A stretch of 64,000 nucleotides of DNA from contig CAVRYY010000002.1 in the NCBI GenBank assembly GCA_963725655.1, positions 332,261 through 396,260 on the forward strand. The letters run 5' to 3'. The notes beneath the pieces were generated by a model, which worked only from the letters and a program-made list of their open reading frames with translations, searched no databases and was not told the origin of the DNA. Origin of the DNA: an uncultured Acidobacteriota bacterium (GTDB lineage Bacteria; Acidobacteriota; Terriglobia; Acidiferrales; UBA7541). This document shows positions 17,464 through 26,979 of the stretch, in pieces; positions within the stretch are counted from its first letter, which is position 1, and every line of letters starts with the position of its first letter. Both the position numbers and the translations under genes were made by a program.

Positions 17464-19941
17464 ATGAACGTATTGAAAACTTGCCGCAAGTGGCTCCGAT
17501 TATGCTCAGGGGCGGCGTGGGTTCTGTGCGCGGGCGTGTCGCTGGCCGCGCCGCCGGCCACACTGCGCGGTTCCGTTTCGGATTCTCTGGCGCAGCCAAT
17601 CGCCAATGCCAAGGTGACCTTGCTCCTCGATGGGGCGGAATCCCGAGTCGCGCAAACCGATCCACAAGGCCAGTTCGAATTCGTTGCGCTTAATCCCGGG
17701 CGCTACAGCGTGCGCGTGGAAGCACCGCGATTCAGCGTCTTGAGTAGCGATGCCACCAATCTCGGCGCTGGAACAGTCAAGACCCTGAACCTTTCACTGA
17801 ACATCGGCACGCTCCCGCAGCGCGTGGTGGTATCCGCTACCGGCACGGAAACCCGAACGTCGCAAGTCGGCGCCTCCGTGGACGTCTTCGATCAACAGCA
17901 ACTCGACGATCTTTCCGCGGTCAGAATCGATCAAGGCCTGCGCGCATTGCCAGGGGTGCAATTCGTCCAATCCGGGCCGCCAGGCAGCACCACCGCACTG
18001 TTTGTTCGCGGCGGCAATTCCGATTTCAACAAGGTCTTGATCGACGGCATCCCAGCAAACGATGTCGGCGGCGCCGTGGAGTGGGCGAACCTGGAATCCA
18101 GCGGTGTCGAGCAAGTAGAGGTCCTGCGCGATCCCAATAGCGTCATCTACGGTACCGACGCGCTCAGCAGCGTGATCAACATTACTAGCCCTCACGGGAC
18201 TTTCGATATCCCGGAGATTCGCTATTCCGGCGACGGCGGAAATTTCAATACTTACCGCAACGACGGTTCAATCGCCGGCGCCCACCGCACGCTGGATTAT
18301 TTTTCCGAGTTCACCGGCTTTGATGCTCACAACGGCACCCCAAATAGCGCTTTCCACGATACAACTTACTCTGGGAACGCCGGTTGGAAGCTGAATCGCG
18401 CCACCAGACTTCGTTTCACCGTCCGCCACTCCACGGTGGACTTGGGAGATCCGAACGCGCTCGATTTCTACGGGATTGCCGATAAATCTTCGCAGCGAAG
18501 TCACAATTTGTATTGGGGAGTCACGCTGCAGAATCAAACCACCCCGCGCTGGCACAATCTTTTTCGATTTGCTTCCACTACTTTGCACTATGCTTTCGTC
18601 GATCCATCTCCCAACGGCACTCCCTTCGATCCTTTCGCGGGCACGCCGTATGACACCGGCCCAAACTATCTAGGCGATCAGGTGACGATTCACGGCGCTA
18701 ACGGCTACAGCGTCTCCGGTCAGGCCATTTTGGACTACGCCGGGTTCTACCCGGAGACCTACGATACGCAAACCACGCGCCGCTCGTTCTACGCGCAGTC
18801 CGACTACCAGATTCATCCGCAACTCAGCGTTACCGGTGGTTTCCGTTACGAATACGAAAACGGCATCGAGAATTCCAGCGGCTTCATCACCTCTACCGAC
18901 CGCAACAATTACAATGCGTTTTTCGAAGCGAATGGAAATCTCGGCCATCGCTTGTTCGCTACCGCCGGAGTCGGCTTCGACCACAACGCCGTATTCGGAT
19001 TCGCCGCCACTCCCCGCGTTTCCGCCGCCTATTATTTGCGCCGGCCTCAATCCGGCGCTCTGTTCAACGAGACCAAGTTGAAATGTAATTTCGGGAAGGG
19101 AATCAAGGAGCCCAGCATCACCGATCAGAGTGAGTCGCTCTACGCCCTGCTTTCGGAGCTTCCCGATGGTCCGGAGTTGATCAAGCAGTATGGCATTACG
19201 CCGATCGGCGCCGAACGCAGCCGCAATTTCGACTTCGGAGTCGATCAAGGCTTGTTTGGCGATCGCGCGCGAGTCGGCGTCTCGCTGTTTCAGGAAAATT
19301 TCTACGATCTCATCGAGTACGTGGACGCCGGGGTCCTCCCCCAGTTGGGAGTGCCTCCCGCCGCTGCGCAGGCCAGCGAATTCGGCGCCACCATCAATTC
19401 TGACTCCTTCAAAGCCAAGGGCGCCGAATTCGAATTCAATTCCAATCTCGGCCACGGCTTGCACATCCAGGCCGCTTACACCTACCTTGACGCGGTGGTG
19501 GCCAAGTCATTCACCGGCAGTGCGGTGGCGCCTGCCGTCAATCCCGATTTCCCGGCTGTCCCGATCGGCGCGTACGCCCCACTGGTCGGCGCGCGTCCGT
19601 TCGATCGCGCTCCCCATTCCGGAAGCTTGATCATCGACTACACGCGCGAGCGCTTCGGCACCGCTCTCTCCGGCTACTTCGTCGGCCGCCGCGACGGCAG
19701 CACATTCCTGAGCGACGCCTACGAGGGATATTCGATGCTGCTGCCCAATCGAAATTTGCAAGCGGCATACCAGACTTTGGATTGGAGTGGCCGCTACACC
19801 TGGAACCGTCACATGGAAACGTATTTCGCGATCACCAATCTCTTAAGTGAGCACTATCAGGAGGAATTCGGCTACCCAAGTTTGCCGCTAGCGTTCCGTC
19901 TAGGCATTCGCCTGACAATCCTGGGCCCTCGTGATCGCTAG
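17464..19941 (+). CDS. TonB-dependent receptor with N-terminal CarboxypepD_reg domain (probable corrinoid/B12 uptake)
   Basis: SD gaaggagag precedes ATG 17464. Signal peptide. GSVSD..AKVTLLLDG..TDPQGQFEF..PGRYSVRV; plug (VVVSATG, ALFVRGG); long beta-barrel. Downstream of the B12 riboswitch. Confidence 0.9.
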   Translation: MNVLKTCRKWLRLCSGAAWVLCAGVSLAAPPATLRGSVSDSLAQPIANAKVTLLLDGAESRVAQTDPQGQFEFVALNPGRYSVRVEAPRFSVLSSDATNLGAGTVKTLNLSLNIGTLPQRVVVSATGTETRTSQVGASVDVFDQQQLDDLSAVRIDQGLRALPGVQFVQSGPPGSTTALFVRGGNSDFNKVLIDGIPANDVGGAVEWANLESSGVEQVEVLRDPNSVIYGTDALSSVINITSPHGTFDIPEIRYSGDGGNFNTYRNDGSIAGAHRTLDYFSEFTGFDAHNGTPNSAFHDTTYSGNAGWKLNRATRLRFTVRHSTVDLGDPNALDFYGIADKSSQRSHNLYWGVTLQNQTTPRWHNLFRFASTTLHYAFVDPSPNGTPFDPFAGTPYDTGPNYLGDQVTIHGANGYSVSGQAILDYAGFYPETYDTQTTRRSFYAQSDYQIHPQLSVTGGFRYEYENGIENSSGFITSTDRNNYNAFFEANGNLGHRLFATAGVGFDHNAVFGFAATPRVSAAYYLRRPQSGALFNETKLKCNFGKGIKEPSITDQSESLYALLSELPDGPELIKQYGITPIGAERSRNFDFGVDQGLFGDRARVGVSLFQENFYDLIEYVDAGVLPQLGVPPAAAQASEFGATINSDSFKAKGAEFEFNSNLGHGLHIQAAYTYLDAVVAKSFTGSAVAPAVNPDFPAVPIGAYAPLVGARPFDRAPHSGSLIIDYTRERFGTALSGYFVGRRDGSTFLSDAYEGYSMLLPNRNLQAAYQTLDWSGRYTWNRHMETYFAITNLLSEHYQEEFGYPSLPLAFRLGIRLTILGPRDR

Positions 19942-19946
19942 AACCG

Positions 19947-20759
19947 TTAACGCTTGGCGGTTGTTTTGCCGGCCGGCAGTTTCCAGCCGATGGTCTTGTC
20001 CGCGGAGTAGCATAATTTTTCCAGGTTACACTCGGCGCAACGCGGATTCCTCGCCACGCACACCCGCCGGCCGTGCCAGATCAATTGATGCGAGAAAAGA
20101 ATCCACTTGTCCTGCGGGACGATCTGGATCAGGTCCTGCTCGATTTTTTTCGGGTCTTCGTGATGGGTAAGATCCAGCCGCTGCGATAGCCGCTGCACGT
20201 GCGTATCCACCACTACGCCCGACGCAATTTTGTACGCCGTACCCAACACAACGTTGGCCGTCTTGCGTGCCGCGCCCGGGACCGTCAGCAACTCCTCCAT
20301 CGTCCTCGGCACTTCGCCGCCGAAATCCTTCAATAATTTCTGCGCTGCCCCGATGATCGATTTCGTCTTGTTGCGAAAAAAACCTGTAGAGCGAATTTCA
20401 TTTTCCAGGTCCGCGGGCTTGGCGTGAGCAAAGTCCGTTGGCGACCTGTACTTCTCAAACAGCGTCTTGGTCACGATGTTCACGCGCACGTCCGTGCACT
20501 GTGCGGAAAGGATCGTAGCGATCAGCAACTCGAAAGGGTTGCGATGCTCGAGCGCGCAGGTCACGTTGGGATAAGCTTCGTCCAGTTTCTCCAGAATTTG
20601 CCGGACGCGCTCCGGATTCGTGCCGCGCAGCTTAGACGGCGGTCCCAGCTTGGCTTGGACGGCCGCCTGGGGCGGGGAACCGGCTGGCTTGGACGCGGCA
20701 TCCCGCGCCGGTTGCTTTTTCGGTCGGATGGCTTTGTTCTTGGGTTTCTTGGTGGGCAT
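19947..20759 (-). CDS. nth: endonuclease III with a basic Lys/Pro-rich N-terminal extension
   Basis: HhH-GPD (LLTVPGAARKTANVVLG) and 4Fe-4S cluster C-x6-C-x2-C-x5-C (CVARNPRCAECNLEKLC). Start chosen at MPTKKPKNK. Confidence 0.9.
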   Translation of the reverse strand: MPTKKPKNKAIRPKKQPARDAASKPAGSPPQAAVQAKLGPPSKLRGTNPERVRQILEKLDEAYPNVTCALEHRNPFELLIATILSAQCTDVRVNIVTKTLFEKYRSPTDFAHAKPADLENEIRSTGFFRNKTKSIIGAAQKLLKDFGGEVPRTMEELLTVPGAARKTANVVLGTAYKIASGVVVDTHVQRLSQRLDLTHHEDPKKIEQDLIQIVPQDKWILFSHQLIWHGRRVCVARNPRCAECNLEKLCYSADKTIGWKLPAGKTTAKR

Positions 20760-20978
20760 CGGTTTGGGAGCGGAAAATATAGCACACCGCTGGTCTATCG
20801 TTCCGGGTACTAGGGGATCTGCAACCAAGGGGAAACATTGAAACGCCGGGCAAAAGTGCGGAAGCGCAAGAGGACACTGCCACAAGCTTCCCGAGACCGG
20901 GAAGCGTCGCAGCCCACATTCGTCACTAACGCAAACTCAAAACACGCTGTCGCGCCGCGATTCCAGCCAATCAGCCCA

Positions 20979-21965
20979 CTACTTCGCGATCAGCAGGCTT
21001 TGCGCGAATGGCCACTGCCTGTCGGTCCACTGCGCTTTACAGTGGAAGCCGGCGCGCTCTCCCATCTCGACGACTTCTTCGCGATTGTATTTGTGCGAGC
21101 TCTCCGTCCAGATCGATTCGCCCGCTGCGAACGAGACTGAAAGGTCCGCCGCGGGTATCCGCACCGTTTGATTTACCGTAGATCGCAGATGCATTTCCAC
21201 GCGACGCTCGATTTCATCAAACCGCACGCCGTGTTTGAACTTTTCCAGATCGAAATCCGCGCCCAGTTCGCGGTTGATTCGTGCTAGCAGGTTCTTGTTG
21301 AACGCGCCCGTTACGCCGATCGGATCGTCGTAAGCGCGAATCAGGTCCGGAATCGGCTTCTCCAGATCGGTCGCCAGCAGCAGTGAATCCCCAGGGAAAA
21401 GCACCTGCCGTACCTGGCGCAAGAATTGCGCACCTGCCGGACGGTCGAAATTTCCGATGGTGCTGCCCAGAAACAGGACCATCAAGTGATCCTCGGGCTT
21501 CCGCCGCGCCGCCACTTCCACCAAGCCGTCCAGATAGGCGCGCTCGAATCCCACGATACTCACGGACTCAATTTGTCCCAGGTCCAGCTCGCAATGGTCC
21601 AACGCCGCACGCGAAATATCGATGGGGTAATAATCCACATTCTGCCGCTGCGAAAGCGCTTCCAGCACCCAACGCGTTTTTCGACCGGTGCCGGAGCCAA
21701 GTTCCGCCACCACCACCGGCTTGGGCAAGATATCGATCATCTCTTCGGAGTAACGCTCCATCAATCGCTCCCCGGCGCGGCTCAGCCCGTATTCCGGGAG
21801 CAGGCAAATTACTTCGAACAGCGCCGAGCCGATTTCATCGTACAAGTACTTCGAGGGAAGCTCCTTTTGGCCCGGCCGATCTAGGCCTTCGCGCACCTCT
21901 CGCGCGAAATCCGCACGATGCGTCGACGAAATACGTTCAGTAGCCATGCGTGCCGCTGTGCCCAT
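20979..21965 (-). CDS. egtD: L-histidine N-alpha-methyltransferase (ergothioneine biosynthesis)
   Basis: YLYDEIGSALFEVICLLPEY, ELGSGTGRKT, FLGSTIGNF, ESIWTESSHKY are the EgtD-family pattern. Adjacent to egtB. Confidence 0.85.
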   Translation of the reverse strand: MGTAARMATERISSTHRADFAREVREGLDRPGQKELPSKYLYDEIGSALFEVICLLPEYGLSRAGERLMERYSEEMIDILPKPVVVAELGSGTGRKTRWVLEALSQRQNVDYYPIDISRAALDHCELDLGQIESVSIVGFERAYLDGLVEVAARRKPEDHLMVLFLGSTIGNFDRPAGAQFLRQVRQVLFPGDSLLLATDLEKPIPDLIRAYDDPIGVTGAFNKNLLARINRELGADFDLEKFKHGVRFDEIERRVEMHLRSTVNQTVRIPAADLSVSFAAGESIWTESSHKYNREEVVEMGERAGFHCKAQWTDRQWPFAQSLLIAK

Positions 21966-21969
21966 GAAA

Positions 21970-23331
21970 TTATTCCTCGACGCAACGAAACGTTGCGTAC
22001 ATATAGGGGTAGTTCGGCTGAAACCAGTTCCGGAACGGACGCCGAAGAAAGCACGCAGCAGTGCGCGCTGATCCGCCCTTCATTACCCAATGCCTGCCGT
22101 CAAAAAAATCCGCAGAATACCCTCGATAGAACGGAAACGGCTCAAATCCCGGGAAAGGAGCGAAAAGCGTCGAAGTCCACTCCCAACCGTTGCCCAGCAA
22201 ATCTTGCACTCCGAATGCGCTCGCGCCTGCGGGATGTGCCGTCACCGGCTTTGGATCCCAATGCGTGGAATCGAAATTGCCGCGCGAAGCCTCCGGACCA
22301 CTGTCGCCCCAAGGGTAGATCCGCTCCGCGGAATCATCCGGCACACCGTACGCCGCGCGATGCCACTGCCCCTCGGTCGGAAGCGATTTCCCGGCCCACC
22401 TGCAGAACGCGGAGGCCTCCGCATAGCTGACGTAGACCGGACAATCCAGGGGCAGCGGAACTTCCTCGAACATTCCGCGATATTTCCATTCATTGTCTTT
22501 GCGCGCCCAATATAACGGATACTCCATCCCGCGCGATTCCTTCCACGCCCAGCTTTCTGCATCCCACAATTCGGAATTGTAGTAGCCGCCGGCGCGGACA
22601 AATTTTAGGAATTCGCTGTTGGTCACCGGGTACGCGCCAATGCTGAACGCGGGCACTTCCACTGACATGCGCTCGAACTCGTTGTCCCATCCAAATTCAA
22701 ATCGAGGTTCCTGCAATTTCTCCGTCCCAGCGCGCGGTTGACCCAGCGTCGCAACGCCGGCCGGAATATCCACCGCTCGCGCCACCACCACGCCGCCAGC
22801 CGCGGCTGGCTTCTCCTGGTGGCGCTTCCTGTTGTACGGCAGTTGGTGCAGCAGGTACGCCAGGGTTTCCGCGTGCATCAATCGATGCTCTACCGCGACG
22901 TGCAGCAGCGTGCCGTTGGCGATCGAACTTGGCAGGGCCTTCGCCCACCGCGGATCGGTGATTCGCTGATCCAGCGTTTCGCGCAACTCCCGGTTGTACT
23001 CCCTTACGCGGGCTTCCGCAGGCCAGTCCTCGGCCTGGTCGTTTGGCAGATCTCCATGCGTCGGATCGATCCCAAACGAAAACAATTTGTCCAGCTCGGC
23101 ATGGTGCGGATCCAGACCCAGCGCGCCGCGCCCCAGCAGATTCCAGTCGAACGCTTCCAGATGTCCCAGATAAAATATCAGCCGGTGCCGCTCGGCTATC
23201 GGCCGCGAGTACAGCGCTTCCGAATCGATCAAATCGAAAATGGCGTCTGTCTGCTCTCGGGCAGATTCCAAGCGCGCGAACAACAAGTCCAGACTTGTAG
23301 CGGCGGTCTTGGTCGAAGCCATGGAAGCCAC
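21970..23331 (-). CDS. egtB: hercynine sulfoxide synthase EgtB-like (DinB_2 plus FGE-sulfatase fold)
   Basis: 453 aa. N-terminal DinB-like helical bundle (LIFYLGHLEAFDWN). C-terminal GNGWEWTS ... KGGSARTAA SUMF1-type domain. Confidence 0.8.
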   Translation of the reverse strand: MASMASTKTAATSLDLLFARLESAREQTDAIFDLIDSEALYSRPIAERHRLIFYLGHLEAFDWNLLGRGALGLDPHHAELDKLFSFGIDPTHGDLPNDQAEDWPAEARVREYNRELRETLDQRITDPRWAKALPSSIANGTLLHVAVEHRLMHAETLAYLLHQLPYNRKRHQEKPAAAGGVVVARAVDIPAGVATLGQPRAGTEKLQEPRFEFGWDNEFERMSVEVPAFSIGAYPVTNSEFLKFVRAGGYYNSELWDAESWAWKESRGMEYPLYWARKDNEWKYRGMFEEVPLPLDCPVYVSYAEASAFCRWAGKSLPTEGQWHRAAYGVPDDSAERIYPWGDSGPEASRGNFDSTHWDPKPVTAHPAGASAFGVQDLLGNGWEWTSTLFAPFPGFEPFPFYRGYSADFFDGRHWVMKGGSARTAACFLRRPFRNWFQPNYPYMYATFRCVEE

Positions 23332-23553
23332 CTCCGGGGGCTACCTTTCTACTCTTTTCGAACGCTTCTGACAACAGCTTAGGTATTAGAGCGACCGAGC
23401 CCCTGAGAGTTTCACGGTTTTTTGGGGGCGGCCCAGTACTCGCTCAGCGACTTTCCGGCATCTAGCGCTGTGAGGTATAACGGAAGGAGCTATTGCTACC
23501 AATCGTCGATATAAAGCGCCCCGGAATTGACTTCAAAGCAGTCGGAGGCTCCA

Positions 23554-24087
23554 ATGACTCCAGCTTCAGTAAATGGAACCCTGCCGGGACTGGGAGTCCT
23601 GGAACAGACCCCGATCATTATCGAAAAGCTGGTGCATCTGGCGAGCCCTGATCAATTGCGGTGGAAGCCTTCGCAGCAACGATGGTCGATCAGCGAAATT
23701 CTGGCCCATCTGGTGCACGTCGAAGGCGAATCGTTCCGCGACCGCATTGAGCTGATGATTAAGCAAAAAAATCCGCCCATAGCGGAATTCGATCAGGACG
23801 CCGCCTATGCGGCAGGAAAATATTCCGGCGGCGCGCCTCTCGAGCATCTGAAAGTTTTCTGCCACGAGCGCGACCGCACCTTGTCCTTCCTGCGGTATAT
23901 GTCGCCCAGCGCCTTACCGAGGACTGGGGTACACGCCATACACGGAACCATCACCGTGGCGGAACTGATGAACGAGTGGGCATTCCACGACTTGGGGCAC
24001 ATCCGGCAGATCGCGGAATTATTCCGCTCCCGCGCGTTTTTCCCAGTGATGGGGCCGCTGCAGACTGGATATGTGATTCGGCCCTGA
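23554..24087 (+). CDS. DinB-family protein
   Basis: SD ggagg lies 5 nt before ATG 23554. WSISEILAHLVHVEG ... EWAFHDLGHIRQI is the His-triad pattern of the DinB superfamily. Confidence 0.75.
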   Translation: MTPASVNGTLPGLGVLEQTPIIIEKLVHLASPDQLRWKPSQQRWSISEILAHLVHVEGESFRDRIELMIKQKNPPIAEFDQDAAYAAGKYSGGAPLEHLKVFCHERDRTLSFLRYMSPSALPRTGVHAIHGTITVAELMNEWAFHDLGHIRQIAELFRSRAFFPVMGPLQTGYVIRP

Positions 24088-24119
24088 CGCACTCTGCGTC
24101 CCGGCAGCCCGAAAATTTC

Positions 24120-24635
24120 TCAGGTGTCCCGCGCCGCGCATCTGGCTTCCTGAAGCTCTCGCCGAAACTGCAAGACGTCCACCGAATGCACGGCCACTTT
24201 CCGTGAACCTACAAAAATTACCGGCACGTCGTTGGTGTACATCTCGCGCACCTGCCGGTCGGTATCAATATCCATTTCGCGCAACTGCGCCCCAAACTCC
24301 GAAATCCACGGCGCCATCGCAGCCTTGGCCACCTCGCATAGGTGGCAGCCGGGCCGCGTATACAGAGTCACCTCCAGCGGCCCTGCCAGCGCCAACCGTC
24401 CCGCTTCAGTGCGCCGGTAATAATCCCCGCCGGTGGGTTCGAGCGATCCATCGCGCACCAAACCGCCCACCGCATCCAGAACGGCCGCGCGCTCTTCTGG
24501 CGGGGCGCCCGCAACGAGTTCGAAAAACGTGTGCAGGTCCAGGCGGTCGCGCTTCAGGTCGTCAAATGTCGCGAGAATTCGTTGGGTGAGTTCTGGCATG
24601 GGGAAAACTACGGGAAAAACGCGCTGGTCGGGCAA
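24120..24635 (-). CDS. glutaredoxin-like protein (DUF836 type) with an N-terminal winged-helix-like extension
   Basis: C-terminal LYTRPGCHLCEVAK ... DVPVIFVG thioredoxin-fold CxxC. The N-terminal about 80 aa looks wHTH-like (VLDAVGGLVRDGSLEPTGGDYYRRTEAG). Confidence 0.7.
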   Translation of the reverse strand: MPDQRVFPVVFPMPELTQRILATFDDLKRDRLDLHTFFELVAGAPPEERAAVLDAVGGLVRDGSLEPTGGDYYRRTEAGRLALAGPLEVTLYTRPGCHLCEVAKAAMAPWISEFGAQLREMDIDTDRQVREMYTNDVPVIFVGSRKVAVHSVDVLQFRRELQEARCAARDT

Positions 24636-24657
24636 AATGCCGCCTTTTCAGGCAGCT

Positions 24658-25101
24658 CTAATCTTCGTGGTGCTGTTCCACAACTCCGACGGTATCATCC
24701 GGCACGGCCCCCGGCCGGCCTTTCACGCGATCGTACACGCTGTAGTGGCACGTGGAGCCCAGCGCTTCATTGTAATAGGTTGGCACGCCGAGTCCGGTGC
24801 GCAGTTCTTCGTTGAATTTTCGCAAGTTGGAAAGATGCCCCATGTGCGCGGGCACCTTGGTATCGTCGTGGGTGATCAGAAATTTCTGATAGCCGGCATC
24901 CCACAGACGCGTGAACTGCCCTTGGTACATGATGGTCGGCAATTCGGTCATCACAAAGGACCCGTCAGGGGCGCGGCGCAACTCTGCGCCACAGCCGTAC
25001 TTCTCGATTCGCACCACACCGCCGGTGCTGCGCAGGCTGAACCCCAGAGCCGGCAGGGTATCGATCTGTTTCAAGTCAAAGTGACGGTTGATGTACCACA
25101 T
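24658..25101 (-). CDS. hypothetical protein
   Basis: 147-aa ORF with genome-typical codon bias and no competing ORF. No family recognised. Confidence 0.55.
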   Translation of the reverse strand: MWYINRHFDLKQIDTLPALGFSLRSTGGVVRIEKYGCGAELRRAPDGSFVMTELPTIMYQGQFTRLWDAGYQKFLITHDDTKVPAHMGHLSNLRKFNEELRTGLGVPTYYNEALGSTCHYSVYDRVKGRPGAVPDDTVGVVEQHHED

Positions 25102-25272
25102 GGAAATCCAGAATATGAAGTCGCGCCGAGATAGTCAATAGAGGCCCCAAATCCGTAATCCACCGAGGCGGACCTTTTTCGCTAACTCGAGGCCGCGAAA
25201 TTGAATACAATCTGCCTCTCGCGCATCTAATCTGACCGGGGAATAGCTGCTACGTCCGCCGCCCCGCGACCC

Positions 25273-26238
25273 ATGGGACCCTACAAAGAAATGCTGCTCG
25301 ACGATCGCACGCTGCCAATGTATCGCCAAGGGCATAGTCTGGTCGATCAGATCGGCAATACGCCGCTGCTGCGCCTGCCGCGCCTCTTTAAGGATTTCCC
25401 GGCTATCGAGGTTTACGCCAAGGCCGAATGGTTCAATCCCGGCGGATCGGTAAAAGATCGCGCGGCATGGTCGATGATTCGTGAGGGCGAACGCCAAGGC
25501 AAACTCGGCCCTGGAAAGATTCTTCTCGATTCCACCAGCGGCAACACTGGCATCGCCTACGCCATGATTGGCGCCGCCCGCGGCTACCCGGTGAAGTTGT
25601 GCCTGCCCACCAGCGCCTCCGAAGAACGCAAGCGCATCCTGAAAGCCTACGGCGCGGAACTGATTCTGACGCCGGGCGATGAGGGTTCGGACGGCGCGAT
25701 TCGCCGCGTTCGCCAGATATATGCCGAGGACCCGCAAAAATACTTCTATCCCGATCAGTACTCGAACCCGGCGAATCCCGCAGCCCATCGCGAAACCACC
25801 GCCGTGGAAATCTGGGACCAGACCCGCGGGAGAATCACCCATTTCGTTGCCGGACTCGGAACCAGCGGCACGTTCGTGGGCACCGTCAGTGGCCTGAAGG
25901 CATTCAATCCTGCGATTCGCGCTATCAGCCTCCAGCCGGAATCATCATTCCATGGCCTCGAAGGCATGAAGCACATGGCCACCTCCATCGTCCCGCGGAT
26001 TTACGACCCTAAGCTCGCCGACGAAGATTTTTCGGTGCAGACCGAATATGCCTACAAAATGGTGCGCCGCGTAGCTCGCGAAGAGGGACTGCTCGTCGGC
26101 ATCAGTTCCGGTGCAGCGCTGTGGGGGTGTTTGGAAATTGCCCGCCGGCTGCCGCAAGATGCTTCCGCCGTGATCGTGACGGTATTCCCCGATTCTGGCG
26201 ATAAATACCTCAGCGAGCGCTTCTGGGACGAATCCTAG
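25273..26238 (+). CDS. cysM: cysteine synthase, CysM type (sulfur-carrier dependent)
   Basis: PLP-lysine motif NPGGSVKDRAA, TSGNTGIA, GTSGT. Followed by mec, cysO and moeZ. Confidence 0.85.
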   Translation: MGPYKEMLLDDRTLPMYRQGHSLVDQIGNTPLLRLPRLFKDFPAIEVYAKAEWFNPGGSVKDRAAWSMIREGERQGKLGPGKILLDSTSGNTGIAYAMIGAARGYPVKLCLPTSASEERKRILKAYGAELILTPGDEGSDGAIRRVRQIYAEDPQKYFYPDQYSNPANPAAHRETTAVEIWDQTRGRITHFVAGLGTSGTFVGTVSGLKAFNPAIRAISLQPESSFHGLEGMKHMATSIVPRIYDPKLADEDFSVQTEYAYKMVRRVAREEGLLVGISSGAALWGCLEIARRLPQDASAVIVTVFPDSGDKYLSERFWDES

Positions 26239-26245
26239 ACTTCAT

Positions 26246-26668
26246 ATGCTAAGACTCAACGAAAAATTCGCTGCCGCGATTCGCGCCCACGGTGTGCAGA
26301 GCTATCCTCACGAATGTTGCGGTGCGATCCTGGGCCGCGATGCGGGGATTGCTCGCGAAGTGCTGGGGCTGGTCCCGCTGGCCAATCGACGCGACGATTC
26401 ACCGCGCAATCGCTTTGAAATTACTTCGGATGACGTACGCATGGCCGAGAATAAAGCCCGCGATTTGGGCTGCGACCTGGTCGGCTGGTATCATTCACAT
26501 CCGGACGCCCCGGCGCGGCCTAGCGACTTCGATCGGGAACATGCCTGGCCGTGGTACAGCTACATCATCGTCAGCATTGAAAAGGCCGAGCCCAGGACCA
26601 TGAATTGCTGGCGCCTGGTGGACGACCGGTCGCGCTACGACGCCGAGCCAATCGAAATCATCGGATGA
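26246..26668 (+). CDS. mec: JAMM/MPN+ metalloprotease (Mec-like)
   Basis: HECCGAILG ... GWYHSHPDAPARPSDFD is a complete JAMM motif (E, HxH-x7-S-x2-D). Confidence 0.85.
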   Translation: MLRLNEKFAAAIRAHGVQSYPHECCGAILGRDAGIAREVLGLVPLANRRDDSPRNRFEITSDDVRMAENKARDLGCDLVGWYHSHPDAPARPSDFDREHAWPWYSYIIVSIEKAEPRTMNCWRLVDDRSRYDAEPIEIIG

Positions 26669-26681
26669 GAGGAAGCGATTC

Positions 26682-26960
26682 ATGCCCATCAAGATACTGA
26701 TACCCACGCCGTTGCGGGCGTACACCAATAAACTCGACACCGTGGAGGTGCAAGCGGCTACCGTCGGGGACGCCATTTCCGCGCTCACCACGCAATTCAG
26801 CGACCTGCGCAAACATCTATATAATGATGAAGGCAGGCTGCGCAGTTTCGTGAACGTCTATTTGAACGACGAAGATATTCGCTTCTTGAAGAAAGATCAA
26901 ACCGAGCTAAGCGACGGCGATACCATCAGTATCGTGCCGTCCATCGCCGGCGGACGTTAA
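26682..26960 (+). CDS. cysO: ThiS/MoaD-fold sulfur carrier protein (CysO-like), ending GG-R
   Basis: 92 aa. FVNVYLNDEDIRF ... GDTISIVPSIAGGR is closely similar in pattern to mycobacterial CysO, but with one residue after the GG. Confidence 0.85.
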   Translation: MPIKILIPTPLRAYTNKLDTVEVQAATVGDAISALTTQFSDLRKHLYNDEGRLRSFVNVYLNDEDIRFLKKDQTELSDGDTISIVPSIAGGR

Positions 26961-26979
26961 TCGCCGAAAGGGAACCGCA

